UHGV virus genome: UHGV-1367765
Strand: one strand, 5' to 3'
DNA: 50,578 nt
From: a virus
Under the pieces are notes generated by a model. The model was not told where the DNA came from. It searched no databases and saw nothing but the letters and a program-made list of their open reading frames with translations. Of this stretch, positions 9,438 through 19,403 are shown piece by piece. The position numbers were made by a program, and so were the translations under genes. How positions within the stretch are numbered: the first letter of the stretch is position 1; each line of letters opens with the position of its first letter.

Positions 9438-10235
9438 TCAATGAACGATATCGAGCAGCTTTAACAGCTCAGGGAATCGGGATTCGAAGAAATGCGGCTG
9501 CGTCTCGCGCGGATTTGCGGGACTGGTGATGTTCTTGCCGAACATGCAGCCTTTCGCTGTCAGCGACCAGAATTTTTTGATGTTGTTAATCGTGGTACGG
9601 CTGTATCGTTCGCGCTGCTCGACGATCCCCAGCTTCACCATCTGGTGATATGCCTGATTAGCCGTCAGGCGTATACCATACTGTTTCAGCAGTGCACTCA
9701 GTGACAGTGTCGGGCGACTTGAGCCATCGTGTGCATCAGCAGGAGCATCAATGGCATAGCGCGGTGCCAGATTCGGTAAGCCAACAGCCTCCTGGAGTTT
9801 CTGACAGGCTCCAAGCACTGAAGAGTTAGACAGGTTTAATTCCCGGCGCATAAAGTCCAGCAGAATCACACCAGCCTGCATCTTGTCAGCAGCCTGTCCG
9901 GATAATTTTTCCGGTGCGCTGGTTACCATATCGAAAGTACGGATCACCTTCAGATGGAATGACGGGCTGATCCACATTGCATAGGCATACACCAGTTCTT
10001 TGCAGACATACGTCCCCTGGTTATTTCCGCCACGAATAACGTTAACTGGCTCTATATTGACCGAGTTGCAAATCTGCAACTCGCTTATTAAACGTTCAGT
10101 TTGCTCATTGCGGAGCCAGAATGCAGGCTTATGCTTATCCAGAGAACCGGCAGCCCTGTGCAGATCGTTCAGGCTGTAACGCCCATAAGCATCACGACGA
10201 ACTTCAATACCATCAATGACCATCAGATTATTCAT
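9438..10235 (-). CDS. KilA-N domain protein
   Basis: N-terminus MNNLMVIDGIEVRRDAYGRYSLNDLHRAAG is KilA-N-like; GAGGAG RBS before this internal ATG. Confidence 0.6.
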   Translation of the reverse strand: MNNLMVIDGIEVRRDAYGRYSLNDLHRAAGSLDKHKPAFWLRNEQTERLISELQICNSVNIEPVNVIRGGNNQGTYVCKELVYAYAMWISPSFHLKVIRTFDMVTSAPEKLSGQAADKMQAGVILLDFMRRELNLSNSSVLGACQKLQEAVGLPNLAPRYAIDAPADAHDGSSRPTLSLSALLKQYGIRLTANQAYHQMVKLGIVEQRERYSRTTINNIKKFWSLTAKGCMFGKNITSPANPRETQPHFFESRFPELLKLLDIVH

Positions 10236-10254
10236 ACTTCGTTTCTCCTCTTGA

Positions 10255-10644
10255 TCAGGCGGCTGCACCCGCCGTTTTCTCGTACTTACTGATAGTGATC
10301 TCGATCTTCCCTCCCGGGATAACCGGTCCCCACTCAACCAGCATTCTTTTCACCTGACTGTCGTCTTCCCACACACCCGCGTGGGTCAGGGCGTCAAACA
10401 GCGCCTTGTTATAGTTGTCCAGATCGCGGATCCGGTTATCCGGAGGAAACAACACGATCTCCACTGAAGCAGGTGCCGACGTTGGTTTCGGCAGGCGACG
10501 TAACTGCTCAACTATTGCTGCGCACGCCGCGCTCTGGAATTTGCGCCCCGCTGCGCTTATCAGACTCTTACCAGCAAACGCCCCTTTGTTGGGGTGTCGC
10601 CAGTACGTGTTCACGCTGGGCGGGAAAGGCAAGATCAGCTTCAT
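10255..10644 (-). CDS. rusA: Holliday-junction resolvase RusA
   Basis: PPSVNTYW and RDLDNYNKALFDAL motifs of the RusA family. Confidence 0.8.
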   Translation of the reverse strand: MKLILPFPPSVNTYWRHPNKGAFAGKSLISAAGRKFQSAACAAIVEQLRRLPKPTSAPASVEIVLFPPDNRIRDLDNYNKALFDALTHAGVWEDDSQVKRMLVEWGPVIPGGKIEITISKYEKTAGAAA

Positions 10645-10967
10645 ACTTTCAGGCCCCTCTCATGTAACCAGTGGGCTGCACGCAGCCTGCCGTTTTCCTC
10701 ACCGGCAAGCAGTGCGCGGATAATCCCGACCGCCTCGCTGTCGTCGTCCTTCACCGCGGTATGAAGCGTTATCCCCCGGGCCACGCCACGCTTTATCGTG
10801 ATGACGCCTTTTTTCTCCAGTGCACGAAGATGCTCTACCGCTGCATTCACTGAACGGTATCCCAGCATGGTTGCCACCTCCTGATTGGTTGGCGGAAAGC
10901 CACGCTCTTTCTGGTAAGAAATCAGCATATCCAGCACCTGCTGCTGGCATTGAGTTAACGTCGTCAT
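10641..10967 (-). CDS. LexA-like winged-helix DNA-binding protein without a peptidase domain
   Basis: TQCQQQVLDMLISYQKERGFPPTNQEVATMLGYRSVNAAVEHLRALEKKGVI resembles the LexA N-terminal domain; stop overlaps the rusA start (ATGA). Confidence 0.55.
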   Translation of the reverse strand: MTTLTQCQQQVLDMLISYQKERGFPPTNQEVATMLGYRSVNAAVEHLRALEKKGVITIKRGVARGITLHTAVKDDDSEAVGIIRALLAGEENGRLRAAHWLHERGLKV

Positions 10968-11455
10968 TACGCCCCCACGTAATTCCCTGACAGATACCAC
11001 TCATCACTCGATACAGCGCGCTTGCTGCTTTTCCGTAAACACTGCTCACGACGCGCCAGAAAATTGTTTCGTTCTGGCTGGGAGTGGCTTTCACGGAATG
11101 CCGCCATCCACACCGTTGCAGCACGACGGTATAAGCCCCTGGACTCCAGTTCTTCTGACTGGCGGGTCAGGCACAAAATCTCCCGCGGGTCGTTAGTGCC
11201 GACATAGAAATTGCGCACAGGTCTGGTTTCACGAACTGGTTGCGGTTCCGGTTCCTGCGCTCTCTCAGTCAGGCGCGGGAAATGTCTGCGTGTATCTCCT
11301 TCACAACGGTGAGCCACACGCCCACTCTGACGTAACTTGCTTGCTGACTGCAGAACGCGCTGCCGTGAGTAACCTGCAAAAGCATCCGCAATGTCTCCGG
11401 AAGTACATCCCGGATGGGCTTCAATGAATTTCTGAACTTCATTCAAAAGACTCAT
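10967..11455 (-). CDS. PerC-family transcriptional regulator-like protein
   Basis: C-terminal LESRGLYRRAATVWMAAF...RREQCL resembles the PerC motif; translationally coupled (TAATG) to the LexA-like gene. Confidence 0.5.
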   Translation of the reverse strand: MSLLNEVQKFIEAHPGCTSGDIADAFAGYSRQRVLQSASKLRQSGRVAHRCEGDTRRHFPRLTERAQEPEPQPVRETRPVRNFYVGTNDPREILCLTRQSEELESRGLYRRAATVWMAAFRESHSQPERNNFLARREQCLRKSSKRAVSSDEWYLSGNYVGA

Positions 11456-11457
11456 GA

Positions 11458-12180
11458 TCACCCCCTGAATCCTGCCGGGATCTGGCTGTAGTCCACGTTG
11501 TCGTAACTGGATTTGAAGTACGGGTCTTCGCGTTTTTCGGTGTACGTGCTGACGGACGGTGATAAGCGCAGGGAAAGCTCATCCCATTTTTCCCGCAACT
11601 TCGACGGGCTGAGCACGTTACGGCACCAGAACGGATCGCGGCTGACGCGGCTGTACATCTCGCAGATTTGTTTGTGAGTACGACCATCCTGCACACACAT
11701 CAGGCGAATTTCGTTTGCCCAGGCTGTCCAGTTCGGTTCTTTGGGACGAACCACCTCGCCGTCACATTCGGCGGCTTGCTCGTACAGGGCGATGATTTTT
11801 TTCCAGAGCCACTGTGCGCAGGTCAAATCATCCTGCGTTCCCCACTGGCGCTTTTTAGGGCTGAATACAACCGCATCAGGATGGCGAGTTAAAAAATCCT
11901 GTTCATCCGTCTGCGTGTCCGGTTGCGAAGCGTCCGGACGAGAAGGTTTTTTATCTGACGGATCATGTTTTGATTTTACTGACGGATCCCCGCCAGATTC
12001 TGACGGGTGAAAACCCGCTTTTTTGCCAGATTTCGACGCATCAAATTTTGACGGGTCAGATTTTGATGCGTCAGATTTTGACGGGTCAGAATCTGACAGT
12101 TGAGAAAATGCCGCTGCCTGAAGCTTCGCAACGTTAAGCTGATAAACATTCGACGCATTGCGGTTATCGGAGTTACGCAA
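11458..12180 (-). pseudogene. 5'-truncated replication-initiator (O-like) remnant with a repeat-encoded Asp/Ser/Lys-rich segment
   Basis: No in-frame ATG near the 5' end (listed start is TTG); iteron-like DNA repeats encode DPSKSDASKSDPSKFDASKS; abuts a divergent plus-strand gene. Confidence 0.35.
11950..12105. repeat. iteron-like direct repeats (about 8 copies of TTTTGACGGGTCAGA-like units)
   Basis: Visible tandem units, each with a small TGAC..GTCA dyad, at roughly 16-17 bp spacing. Confidence 0.5.
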
Positions 12181-12543
12181 ATGCGCATGAATGTTTTCGA
12201 AATGGAAGGGTTTCTTCGTGGGAGATGTGTACCGCGAGATCTGAAAGTGAATGAAACAGATGCTGAATACCTGGTGCGTAAATTCGATGCGCTTGAAGCT
12301 AAATGTGCAGCACAGGAAAACAAAGTAATACCAGTGTCAACTGAACTGCCACCAGCAAATGAAAGTGTTTTGTTATTCGATGCTAACGGAGAAGGCTGGC
12401 TAATTGGCTGGCGTTCTCTCTGGTACACCTGGGGACAAAAAGAAACCGGAGAATGGCAGTGGACATTTCAGGTCGGGAGCCTTGAAAACGTCAATATCAC
12501 TCACTGGGCAGTAATGCCAAAAGCACCGGAGGCTGGAGCATAA
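12181..12543 (+). CDS. DUF551-like prophage protein
   Basis: ATG with GGAG RBS; Trp-rich C-terminus ending NITHWAVMPKAP resembles the DUF551 signature. Confidence 0.45.
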   Translation: MRMNVFEMEGFLRGRCVPRDLKVNETDAEYLVRKFDALEAKCAAQENKVIPVSTELPPANESVLLFDANGEGWLIGWRSLWYTWGQKETGEWQWTFQVGSLENVNITHWAVMPKAPEAGA

Positions 12544-12848
12544 TGACCACTTTTACCGACAAAGAACTGATTAAAGAAATTAAAGAGCGTATCAGCAGCC
12601 TTGACGTGCGAGACGATATTGAGCGCCGTGCTTATGAAATCGCACTCCTATCTCTGGAAGTAGAACCAGATGAACGCGAAGCTTATGAATTATTCATGGA
12701 AAAGCGTTTCGGTGACTTAGTAGATCGTCGGAGAGCAAAAAACGGCGATAACGAATACATGGCATGGGATATGACTCTCGGTTGGATCGTCTGGCAGCAA
12801 CGAGCAGGTATCCATTTTTCAACAATGTCACAACAAGAGGTGAAATAA
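12543..12848 (+). CDS. hypothetical protein (101 aa)
   Basis: ATG overlaps the upstream stop (TAATG); continuous with xis and int on the same strand. Confidence 0.45.
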   Translation: MTTFTDKELIKEIKERISSLDVRDDIERRAYEIALLSLEVEPDEREAYELFMEKRFGDLVDRRRAKNGDNEYMAWDMTLGWIVWQQRAGIHFSTMSQQEVK

Positions 12849-13198
12849 TGGAGCCATACAGCCTCACACTCGATGAGGCCTGTCATTTTCTTAAGATATC
12901 CAGACCGACTGCCATTAACTGGATACGCACAGGGCGTCTTCAGGCAACACGCAAAGATCCCACTAAGAATAAATCTCCTTACCTCACAACACGACAAGCC
13001 TGCATTGCGGCTCTTCAGTCTCCGCTGCATACTGTCCAGGTGAGCGCGGGTGATGGCATAACAGAGGAAAGAAAATGTCACTCTTCCGCAGAGGTGAAAT
13101 ATGGTACGCCAGTTTCACATTGCCGAACGGTAAAAGATTTAAACAGTCTCTTGGAACAAAGGACAAAAGGCAGGCGACAGAACTCCATGACAAGCTAA
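12848..13198 (+). CDS. xis: excisionase-like DNA-binding protein
   Basis: HTH-like N-terminus ([26 protein letters not shown]); immediately upstream of and overlapping int. Confidence 0.5.
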   Translation: MEPYSLTLDEACHFLKISRPTAINWIRTGRLQATRKDPTKNKSPYLTTRQACIAALQSPLHTVQVSAGDGITEERKCHSSAEVKYGTPVSHCRTVKDLNSLLEQRTKGRRQNSMTS

Positions 13199-14238
13199 AG
13201 GCTGAAGCATGGCGGGTCAGCAAACTTGGTGAAATACCTGATATAACGTTCGAGGAAGCGTGTGTCAGGTGGCTTGAAGAGAAAGCACATAAAAAATCAC
13301 TGGACGATGACAAAAGCCGGATCGGATTCTGGCTTCAACATTTCGCAGGAATGCAACTAAGAGACATTACTGAATCAAAAATTTATTCAGCAATGCAGAA
13401 AATGACGAACCGGCGTCATGAGGAAAACTGGAAACTCAGGGCAGAAGCATGCAGAAAAAAAGGGAAACCTGTTCCAGAATACACGCCAAAACCAGCGTCC
13501 GTTGCAACGAAGGCTACGCATCTTTCATTTATAAAGGCCCTACTAAGAGCCGCAGAGCGTGAATGGAAAATGCTGGATAAGGCACCAATTATTAAAGTGC
13601 CTCAACCAAAGAATAAACGGATCCGCTGGCTGGAGCCCCATGAAGCACAAAGGCTGATTGATGAATGTCCGGAGCCATTAAAGTCTGTTGTTGAATTTGC
13701 ACTGGCAACAGGCTTAAGACGCTCGAACATCATCAACCTTGAATGGCAACAAATAGACATGCAGCGCCGGGTGGCATGGATAAACCCGGAAGAGAGTAAA
13801 TCAAACCGCGCAATTGGCGTTGCGCTGAATGATACTGCATGTCGCGTTTTGAAAAAACAAATCGGGAATCATCACCGTTGGGTATTTGTGTACAAGGAAA
13901 GCTGTACCAAACCAGACGGAACGAAAGCGCCAACAGTAAGGAAGATGCGGTATGACGCAAACACAGCCTGGAAAGCGGCGCTGAGACGGGCTGGTATTGA
14001 TGATTTCAGATTTCACGACTTGAGACACACCTGGGCAAGTTGGCTGGTTCAAGCCGGAGTCCCGTTGTCAGTGTTACAGGAAATGGGAGGCTGGGAGTCT
14101 ATCGAAATGGTTCGTCGATATGCTCACCTTGCACCTAATCACCTTACCGAACACGCACGGCAAATAGACTCGATCCTGAACCCATCGGTCCCAAATTTGT
14201 CCCAGTCAAAAAATAAGGAAGGTACTAATGATGTGTAA
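13075..14238 (+). CDS. int: tyrosine integrase (lambdoid Int family)
   Basis: 387 aa with the R..HxxR..Y catalytic pattern ([10 protein letters not shown]...VRRYAH); very similar to E. coli lambdoid prophage integrases as recalled; 3' end faces the att core. Confidence 0.9.
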   Translation: MSLFRRGEIWYASFTLPNGKRFKQSLGTKDKRQATELHDKLKAEAWRVSKLGEIPDITFEEACVRWLEEKAHKKSLDDDKSRIGFWLQHFAGMQLRDITESKIYSAMQKMTNRRHEENWKLRAEACRKKGKPVPEYTPKPASVATKATHLSFIKALLRAAEREWKMLDKAPIIKVPQPKNKRIRWLEPHEAQRLIDECPEPLKSVVEFALATGLRRSNIINLEWQQIDMQRRVAWINPEESKSNRAIGVALNDTACRVLKKQIGNHHRWVFVYKESCTKPDGTKAPTVRKMRYDANTAWKAALRRAGIDDFRFHDLRHTWASWLVQAGVPLSVLQEMGGWESIEMVRRYAHLAPNHLTEHARQIDSILNPSVPNLSQSKNKEGTNDV

Positions 14239-14252
14239 CTTATTGATTTAAA

Positions 14253-14298
14253 TGGTGCCGATAATAGGAGTCGAACCTACGACCTTCGCATTACGAAT
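14253..14298 (-). other. att core: 46-nt copy of the 3' end of tRNA-Thr (thrW-type), not a complete tRNA
   Basis: Minus strand reads ...ATTCGTAATGCGAAGGTCGTAGGTTCGACTCCTATTATCGGCACCA; similarity to the tRNA stops upstream of this; 14 bp after the int stop. Confidence 0.7.
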
Positions 14299-14460
14299 CT
14301 GTAGCACCAATCATAACTATCTGTTTTAGCAAGCATTAACCGCATTCACTAAGCTATAGTTGATGGCACAAACAGAAAGCTGATGCATGATGTTGTCATG
14401 TGTATGTCACAAATACGGCACAACGATCTTCAAACATGTAGCCACACATCCACAGAAGAG

Positions 14461-14494
14461 CACAAAGCCTTGCAATCCAGTGCAAAGCTTTGTG
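14461..14494. other. extended imperfect hairpin in the inter-prophage junction
   Basis: CACAAAGC-C-TTGCA-atccag-TGCAA-A-GCTTTGTG nested inverted repeats followed by a T-rich tract. Confidence 0.3.
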
Positions 14495-14793
14495 CGCCTC
14501 AGTTTTGTCTAAGCGTTCTACTGAAAACATAGTAAAATCGGTAACTGCTGGAAATCATTCACTACTCGCACTATCGAAAGTTCGCCAGCCAGCCGCAGCA
14601 CGTTCTTGCATACGGCGTGTCTGCGGTTTCATTCATCTCCGACCGGAAACTTCTTATACAAAGTCGATACGCCAACATCATAGATGATCACCACCTTCTG
14701 GCGAGAAACTCCTGATGCAATATAATTTGTGGCTGGATTATCTGGACGCACTGGAACTGGTTGATACCTCCAGTGCTCCAGATATTGAATGGC

Positions 14794-15396
14794 CTACGCC
14801 TCCAGCAGTTCAGGCCAGATGACATCCGGCGCGGTGCTGGTATCTGTTGCCGTCACCGCGTCAATGTAATCCAGCACGGCGTTAAGTCGGGTTGTTTCTG
14901 CCTGCGTCAACTTCCGTCCGGCCTGTAATTTCAGCTGAATCAGACTAATGGAAGCCATTGCTGCATCAATCAGTGACTGGCGCTGTGCTTCTGCCGCTTC
15001 TACTGCGGCGCTATGCTGTGCCTCGGTATCCGTCACCCATTTCTCGCCATCCCATTGATCATATGGCGTGGATGGTGCTGCGGTGGTTGTTCCTTCCGGG
15101 TATTCTCCCAACTGTGAAACTTTCACAGGATTGCCAGTGGTGGTGCTGTAAACCGTTTCGCCGCGATGGTCTGGCACATATTCCCATGATTTTAAATCCA
15201 CAGAGCGGCAAATTGTATAACCATCCTTATATGCACCAGGGGCGTCTAAACAGGAATGCGCAGGGATACCGACACCAATGGCAAGATATTCATTTGAAGA
15301 GGAAATATATTCCCGAGTTTCACCATCATAGTTATAAACAGTAATATCCCCTGCCTTCGTAGCAATAAACTCGCTATTTAATACAGCGTTATCCAT
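14794..15396 (-). CDS. tail fibre assembly protein (Tfa)
   Basis: 200 aa, C-terminus ...DTSTAPDVIWPELLEA typical of TfaE/TfaQ-type chaperones; directly after the tail fibre gene. Confidence 0.7.
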   Translation of the reverse strand: MDNAVLNSEFIATKAGDITVYNYDGETREYISSSNEYLAIGVGIPAHSCLDAPGAYKDGYTICRSVDLKSWEYVPDHRGETVYSTTTGNPVKVSQLGEYPEGTTTAAPSTPYDQWDGEKWVTDTEAQHSAAVEAAEAQRQSLIDAAMASISLIQLKLQAGRKLTQAETTRLNAVLDYIDAVTATDTSTAPDVIWPELLEA

Positions 15397-16229
15397 TATG
15401 CAGCCCTCACAATGTAGTTAAATGCAACGTTCACCGGGCGAGTTTCATTGGCGGTATTTGCCACCCTTGACATATCGAAATCAAATGTTGTGACACCATC
15501 CCCTCCACCAGTGCCTGTAACCGCTGTTAATCCAGTAGTCAGAAAGTTATTACCGTTATTACGAAATGGACCACTGACAACTAAGTCATTAAAAAGCTGA
15601 ATTTTCCCTATTGAACCAGTGACGTTTTGCATTGCATGCTCCTGTGAAGCCAATAGAATCCTTCCTGGGTCAATGCCTCTCCCGTCATCCCAGCCACGAA
15701 TAAACTCACCGCGTAAATCAGGCAATTTATTTGTCGGGTAAGCCTTTGCCAGTTCCGGATACTCTTCGGCAGAAAAAGGCGCACCATTGCATTTCAGCCA
15801 GCCTGTTGGCGGAGTGGCTAAAGGCCACGGAACGGGCGCACCAACAGGTAATGCAGAACCTTCTCCCAAACCAAGGTTTTCGAGAGCCGTTTTCACCGTG
15901 CCATCCGATTTGATATCACCAAACGGATTCTTGCGGCTCAGGTATTCAACAGCAAACCCCGATCCCAGCAATTCAACAAAACCGGGCAGATCACCATTAT
16001 CAAGCACATCCCGTTGCGTTTTATCACTTACAAACTGGGCCAGAGCTGCAGCAATAAAGCTGGCCTGTCGAATAACCTTATTGACTTGCGCACTGGATGC
16101 TTTCCCTGCTGTAAATCCGGATAAAAGCGCAGGCAACGCTTCCCATTCCTCCTGCGACATAACATTGGCATTCCGATCAGTTGCAAACGCTTTAAAGTCA
16201 TTTTTCGCCATCAGAGTAATACTCCCCAT
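15396..16229 (-). CDS. tail fibre protein
   Basis: Contains the conserved [24 protein letters not shown] segment shared with the prophage A fibre; follows the baseplate genes. Confidence 0.65.
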   Translation of the reverse strand: MGSITLMAKNDFKAFATDRNANVMSQEEWEALPALLSGFTAGKASSAQVNKVIRQASFIAAALAQFVSDKTQRDVLDNGDLPGFVELLGSGFAVEYLSRKNPFGDIKSDGTVKTALENLGLGEGSALPVGAPVPWPLATPPTGWLKCNGAPFSAEEYPELAKAYPTNKLPDLRGEFIRGWDDGRGIDPGRILLASQEHAMQNVTGSIGKIQLFNDLVVSGPFRNNGNNFLTTGLTAVTGTGGGDGVTTFDFDMSRVANTANETRPVNVAFNYIVRAA

Positions 16230-16891
16230 GCCCCTACATCAAAACCACTGATGTATTCGTTATCAATATCAAACCCAAATAATTTAGAACCCTCGGAAGG
16301 TGTTTCAACCGAAGGCGTTTCAACGTCACCGGCCCATACACCAGCTGCTTTAACGGTGAGATAGCCCTGTTTGATAGCGGCGATCAGTTCGAGAGAGACA
16401 TCAGCAATATCGGTTTCCGGGAATACCCAGACCGATATCGTCATGTCCTGGTTGTCGACGATCTGCATCCTCAGGCCTGAGCCTGCGGTAGCAGCGTCAA
16501 GGATGGGAGGCAGAGAGTCGTTCCGACCATCCCAGTTGTTGATAGCGATTTTCGCTTTCAGAATGATGCGGTACGTCTCATCACTCAGCGTCGTATAGCC
16601 ATAATCAGGATCATATGGCCCTTGCCAGATGCCCTGGTCATATCCAAGCCCGTCAGTGTCCCAACTAAAATAAACGCCGCTAATTGGCTCGCTGACTATG
16701 CGACTACGACCAATCCACAGACCGAGCGTGTCGAGCTGCACGCCGACCGCCGTATCGATATCGAAGGCTGTTACAAGCCCTGACATAGTGCTGGACACAT
16801 CAATCAGCGGGCGAGTACTCAGATCTATATGGTCAAAAAAGAGTGGCTTGGTAGCGTGGTAGTTCGTGATAAGTTCGGTGTATTTGCTCAT
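16211..16891 (-). CDS. tail protein (DUF2313 / Mu gp48-like)
   Basis: Position between the baseplate J-like gene and the fibre; start taken at internal ATG (MSKYTELI). Confidence 0.55.
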   Translation of the reverse strand: MSKYTELITNYHATKPLFFDHIDLSTRPLIDVSSTMSGLVTAFDIDTAVGVQLDTLGLWIGRSRIVSEPISGVYFSWDTDGLGYDQGIWQGPYDPDYGYTTLSDETYRIILKAKIAINNWDGRNDSLPPILDAATAGSGLRMQIVDNQDMTISVWVFPETDIADVSLELIAAIKQGYLTVKAAGVWAGDVETPSVETPSEGSKLFGFDIDNEYISGFDVGAWGVLL

Positions 16892-18087
16892 GAGGTCACC
16901 GTGATAGTGACGTGACTCGCAACGCATGACGCAGATTCGTCATAAGCAATATCGATATTTCCGCTTGCGACTGAGTCAGAGGATTTGCCGATGAGCAGCT
17001 CCTGAATGTCGTAATAGCGAGCACTGCCTCCGCTTACCACGCCAAGGTTTGCCGGGGAATAAATACGACTCAGCAGAACGTCATCGCCAATTGCCAGGCC
17101 ATTTATATAATCGGCAACAGCCTGTTTTATCTGCTCGCCGATTTGAGATGTATACCCGGTAAAAACTTTCAGGGTAATGGCTACAAAAATTGGCACATCG
17201 GTAGAACGCGAAAAACTGATGACGTGAGGATTACCGTAAGTATCCGGCACCGTGACAGAAGTTGTCCCGTAGGTTGCCGTTCCCTGTCCTTTATTCCCCC
17301 TGATGGTCTGGGCTATTTCGGTAACATCTCCACCATCGACGATGGCGGAAATTGAGTGCGGCGGCAGCCCGTTGCTGTCGGTTGCCCCTGTGTCGTTCTC
17401 ATACAGCTTGTGACGTGTCACGCCAGCAACGTTAGCTATTGCACCGTCGACACTTTCAAACGGTGTGATCGATGGTAGCGCGACGCTTTGCCCCTGCCGA
17501 ATGCGCAGCTCTGCGTCGGTTTCTGCTGGTGAACCGACAGTAGCCGCTGCTGGGTTGGTTACCGACACCCAGCCGCGAGTCGGTGTGTTAATGGTGGTAA
17601 TAGTCCCGGCCATCGCCGCAACCGAACCGCTATTCGCACATGTGGCCGTCACCAGCACAGTACCATCAACCCCGATTGCTACACTCGCGGGAAAATTCCA
17701 GATAATGCCGTTTTTATCCCGTGCGGAGCCATTCGTGATAGTCGTGCCCGCCGTACCGGTTAACAGAAGGTCAGCAGTAGAGTTTGTCGCTACTTTTCGC
17801 GTGATCCCGTTAATTTTCACATTGCTGCTAAGCGCTGCGGCCTGCGCTGTCGTCGGTGAAAACGAGTTGTAGATCTCGATAGCGGTATTGTTAGCATCAT
17901 GCACAGCCAGAGCCACCAGCGCGACCATCTGCCCGTCTTTGCTGTCTGGTTCTAGGTAGGCATCACTACCGTAAATCTGCCTGAAATAGCTGGTCAGTGT
18001 ATCTAGGATTGTCTGGTAATCAGGCGCACTAATCCCCTGGGCGGTTACCGTTGCCGATAGCCCCAGCGTGTCGAGGTTCAAAGCCAT
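16888..18087 (-). CDS. baseplate J-like protein (Mu gp47 / P2 gpJ family)
   Basis: 399 aa; position and composition consistent with baseplate J. Confidence 0.7.
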   Translation of the reverse strand: MALNLDTLGLSATVTAQGISAPDYQTILDTLTSYFRQIYGSDAYLEPDSKDGQMVALVALAVHDANNTAIEIYNSFSPTTAQAAALSSNVKINGITRKVATNSTADLLLTGTAGTTITNGSARDKNGIIWNFPASVAIGVDGTVLVTATCANSGSVAAMAGTITTINTPTRGWVSVTNPAAATVGSPAETDAELRIRQGQSVALPSITPFESVDGAIANVAGVTRHKLYENDTGATDSNGLPPHSISAIVDGGDVTEIAQTIRGNKGQGTATYGTTSVTVPDTYGNPHVISFSRSTDVPIFVAITLKVFTGYTSQIGEQIKQAVADYINGLAIGDDVLLSRIYSPANLGVVSGGSARYYDIQELLIGKSSDSVASGNIDIAYDESASCVASHVTITVTS

Positions 18088-18441
18088 TTATGCCTCGCTT
18101 GTTACAGTCGTCTGGCCGTAGATTGTGTCAATGGAGGAAGTGAAAGTGACGCGGCGGCTGGTGCCGTCATAATTGGTATCGAAGGAAAGAATCGACAGAA
18201 CGCCCGGCGTGTCCTGTATGCGTTCGCGTATAGCCAGGATGTAGACGTCTGATCGCTGTTTCCCAAGCACTGACTGAACATACGGCGTGCCTTCCGTCAG
18301 ATCGAGAAACCACTGACCGCGCCAGAGCTCGAAACGGGTTTTTACGGCCTGGGCGACACATTCCGGACTGTCGATAAGGAAGGTGTCGTCACCTTGCCCG
18401 AAAGTGTAATCGCCGTCAGCATCTTCTCGTCGGTATCGCAT
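18088..18441 (-). CDS. baseplate wedge protein (Mu gp46 / P2 gpW, GPW/gp25 family)
   Basis: 117 aa, adjacent to the J-like gene. Confidence 0.65.
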   Translation of the reverse strand: MRYRREDADGDYTFGQGDDTFLIDSPECVAQAVKTRFELWRGQWFLDLTEGTPYVQSVLGKQRSDVYILAIRERIQDTPGVLSILSFDTNYDGTSRRVTFTSSIDTIYGQTTVTSEA

Positions 18442-19181
18442 TATTGCGGCCCTCCAGTAGTTCCCCCGCCTGTCTGAACTCCGCCATGTTTATGCGTGGC
18501 GACACTTATACCTGAAGCTGTCACATCATTCGTTACCGTAACCGGCCCAAGCATCGTCGCAGTACCACCACTTTCTCCCATTCCCTGAGACAGATTGCCA
18601 TTAATCGTTACGTTGCCGTTCAGCGTGATAGTCGGGGATGTGATTGTCGTTCCACCTTCAGCCGTAGCCGTGAGCTGGCCCGGTGTTTGAACGGTGATGT
18701 TATGTCCTGCGGAAACCTCTACGAACGCCGCACCATCATCGGTTCGCAGCTGCGCGGCGCTGGTACTGATACCGCTGATTTTTTGCGCTTGCGACTGCGG
18801 GCCAACGATGGCGAACGCATCAGATAAGTCATGCTGGCGCGGGTCGACGGTCTCCTGAACGCCGCCGCTCTGCCACCAGAAATCGATGCAACGGTCGGCA
18901 AAGATCAGCAGGCACTCATCGCCTTCTTTTACCGGAAAGGTCAGCGTGCAACCGCCTCCGCGCGGGAAGATGACAGGCACATCCACCAGCGGTTTTAATT
19001 CGGTGGAGTCGTCGCCAACAATACCGCGAAGCGCCACCTCTACTGTGCAGGTTACAGCGTCAGGATCGAACGACTGAATGATGCCAGGCATCGCTACGCG
19101 CATCTGAGTAGACACCGAATCGGCAATGGCCTGCGCGGTCTGCTGCTCGCCGCCGATCTGTGATTGAGTAGGAATTGGCAT
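18441..19181 (-). CDS. baseplate spike / assembly protein V (Mu gp45-like)
   Basis: 246 aa with a Gly/Thr-rich repetitive C-terminus typical of spike proteins. Confidence 0.65.
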   Translation of the reverse strand: MPIPTQSQIGGEQQTAQAIADSVSTQMRVAMPGIIQSFDPDAVTCTVEVALRGIVGDDSTELKPLVDVPVIFPRGGGCTLTFPVKEGDECLLIFADRCIDFWWQSGGVQETVDPRQHDLSDAFAIVGPQSQAQKISGISTSAAQLRTDDGAAFVEVSAGHNITVQTPGQLTATAEGGTTITSPTITLNGNVTINGNLSQGMGESGGTATMLGPVTVTNDVTASGISVATHKHGGVQTGGGTTGGPQ

Positions 19182-19192
19182 AAAAACCCCAT

Positions 19193-19216
19193 AAAAAAAC
19201 CAGCCGAAGCTGGTTT
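19193..19216 (-). terminator. Rho-independent terminator (minus strand) just upstream of the spike gene
   Basis: CCAGC-cgaa-GCTGG hairpin followed by a run of 7 T on the minus strand. Confidence 0.45.
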
Positions 19217-19403
19217 GGTATCAATTATCTCTTAGTAACTAAGCTACATCAGTGTGAAGTAAGGCTTTTCCGCTGCAATGGCACATATTCACAAGGTGTA
19301 TTAGGATATATTTGCAACAAGTAAGCATTAAAAATCAATTTCAGCCATGAAGCCGCCATAGAGTGGACCTGCACCATCGCATTCTTGACTACAGGAGTAA
19401 CAA

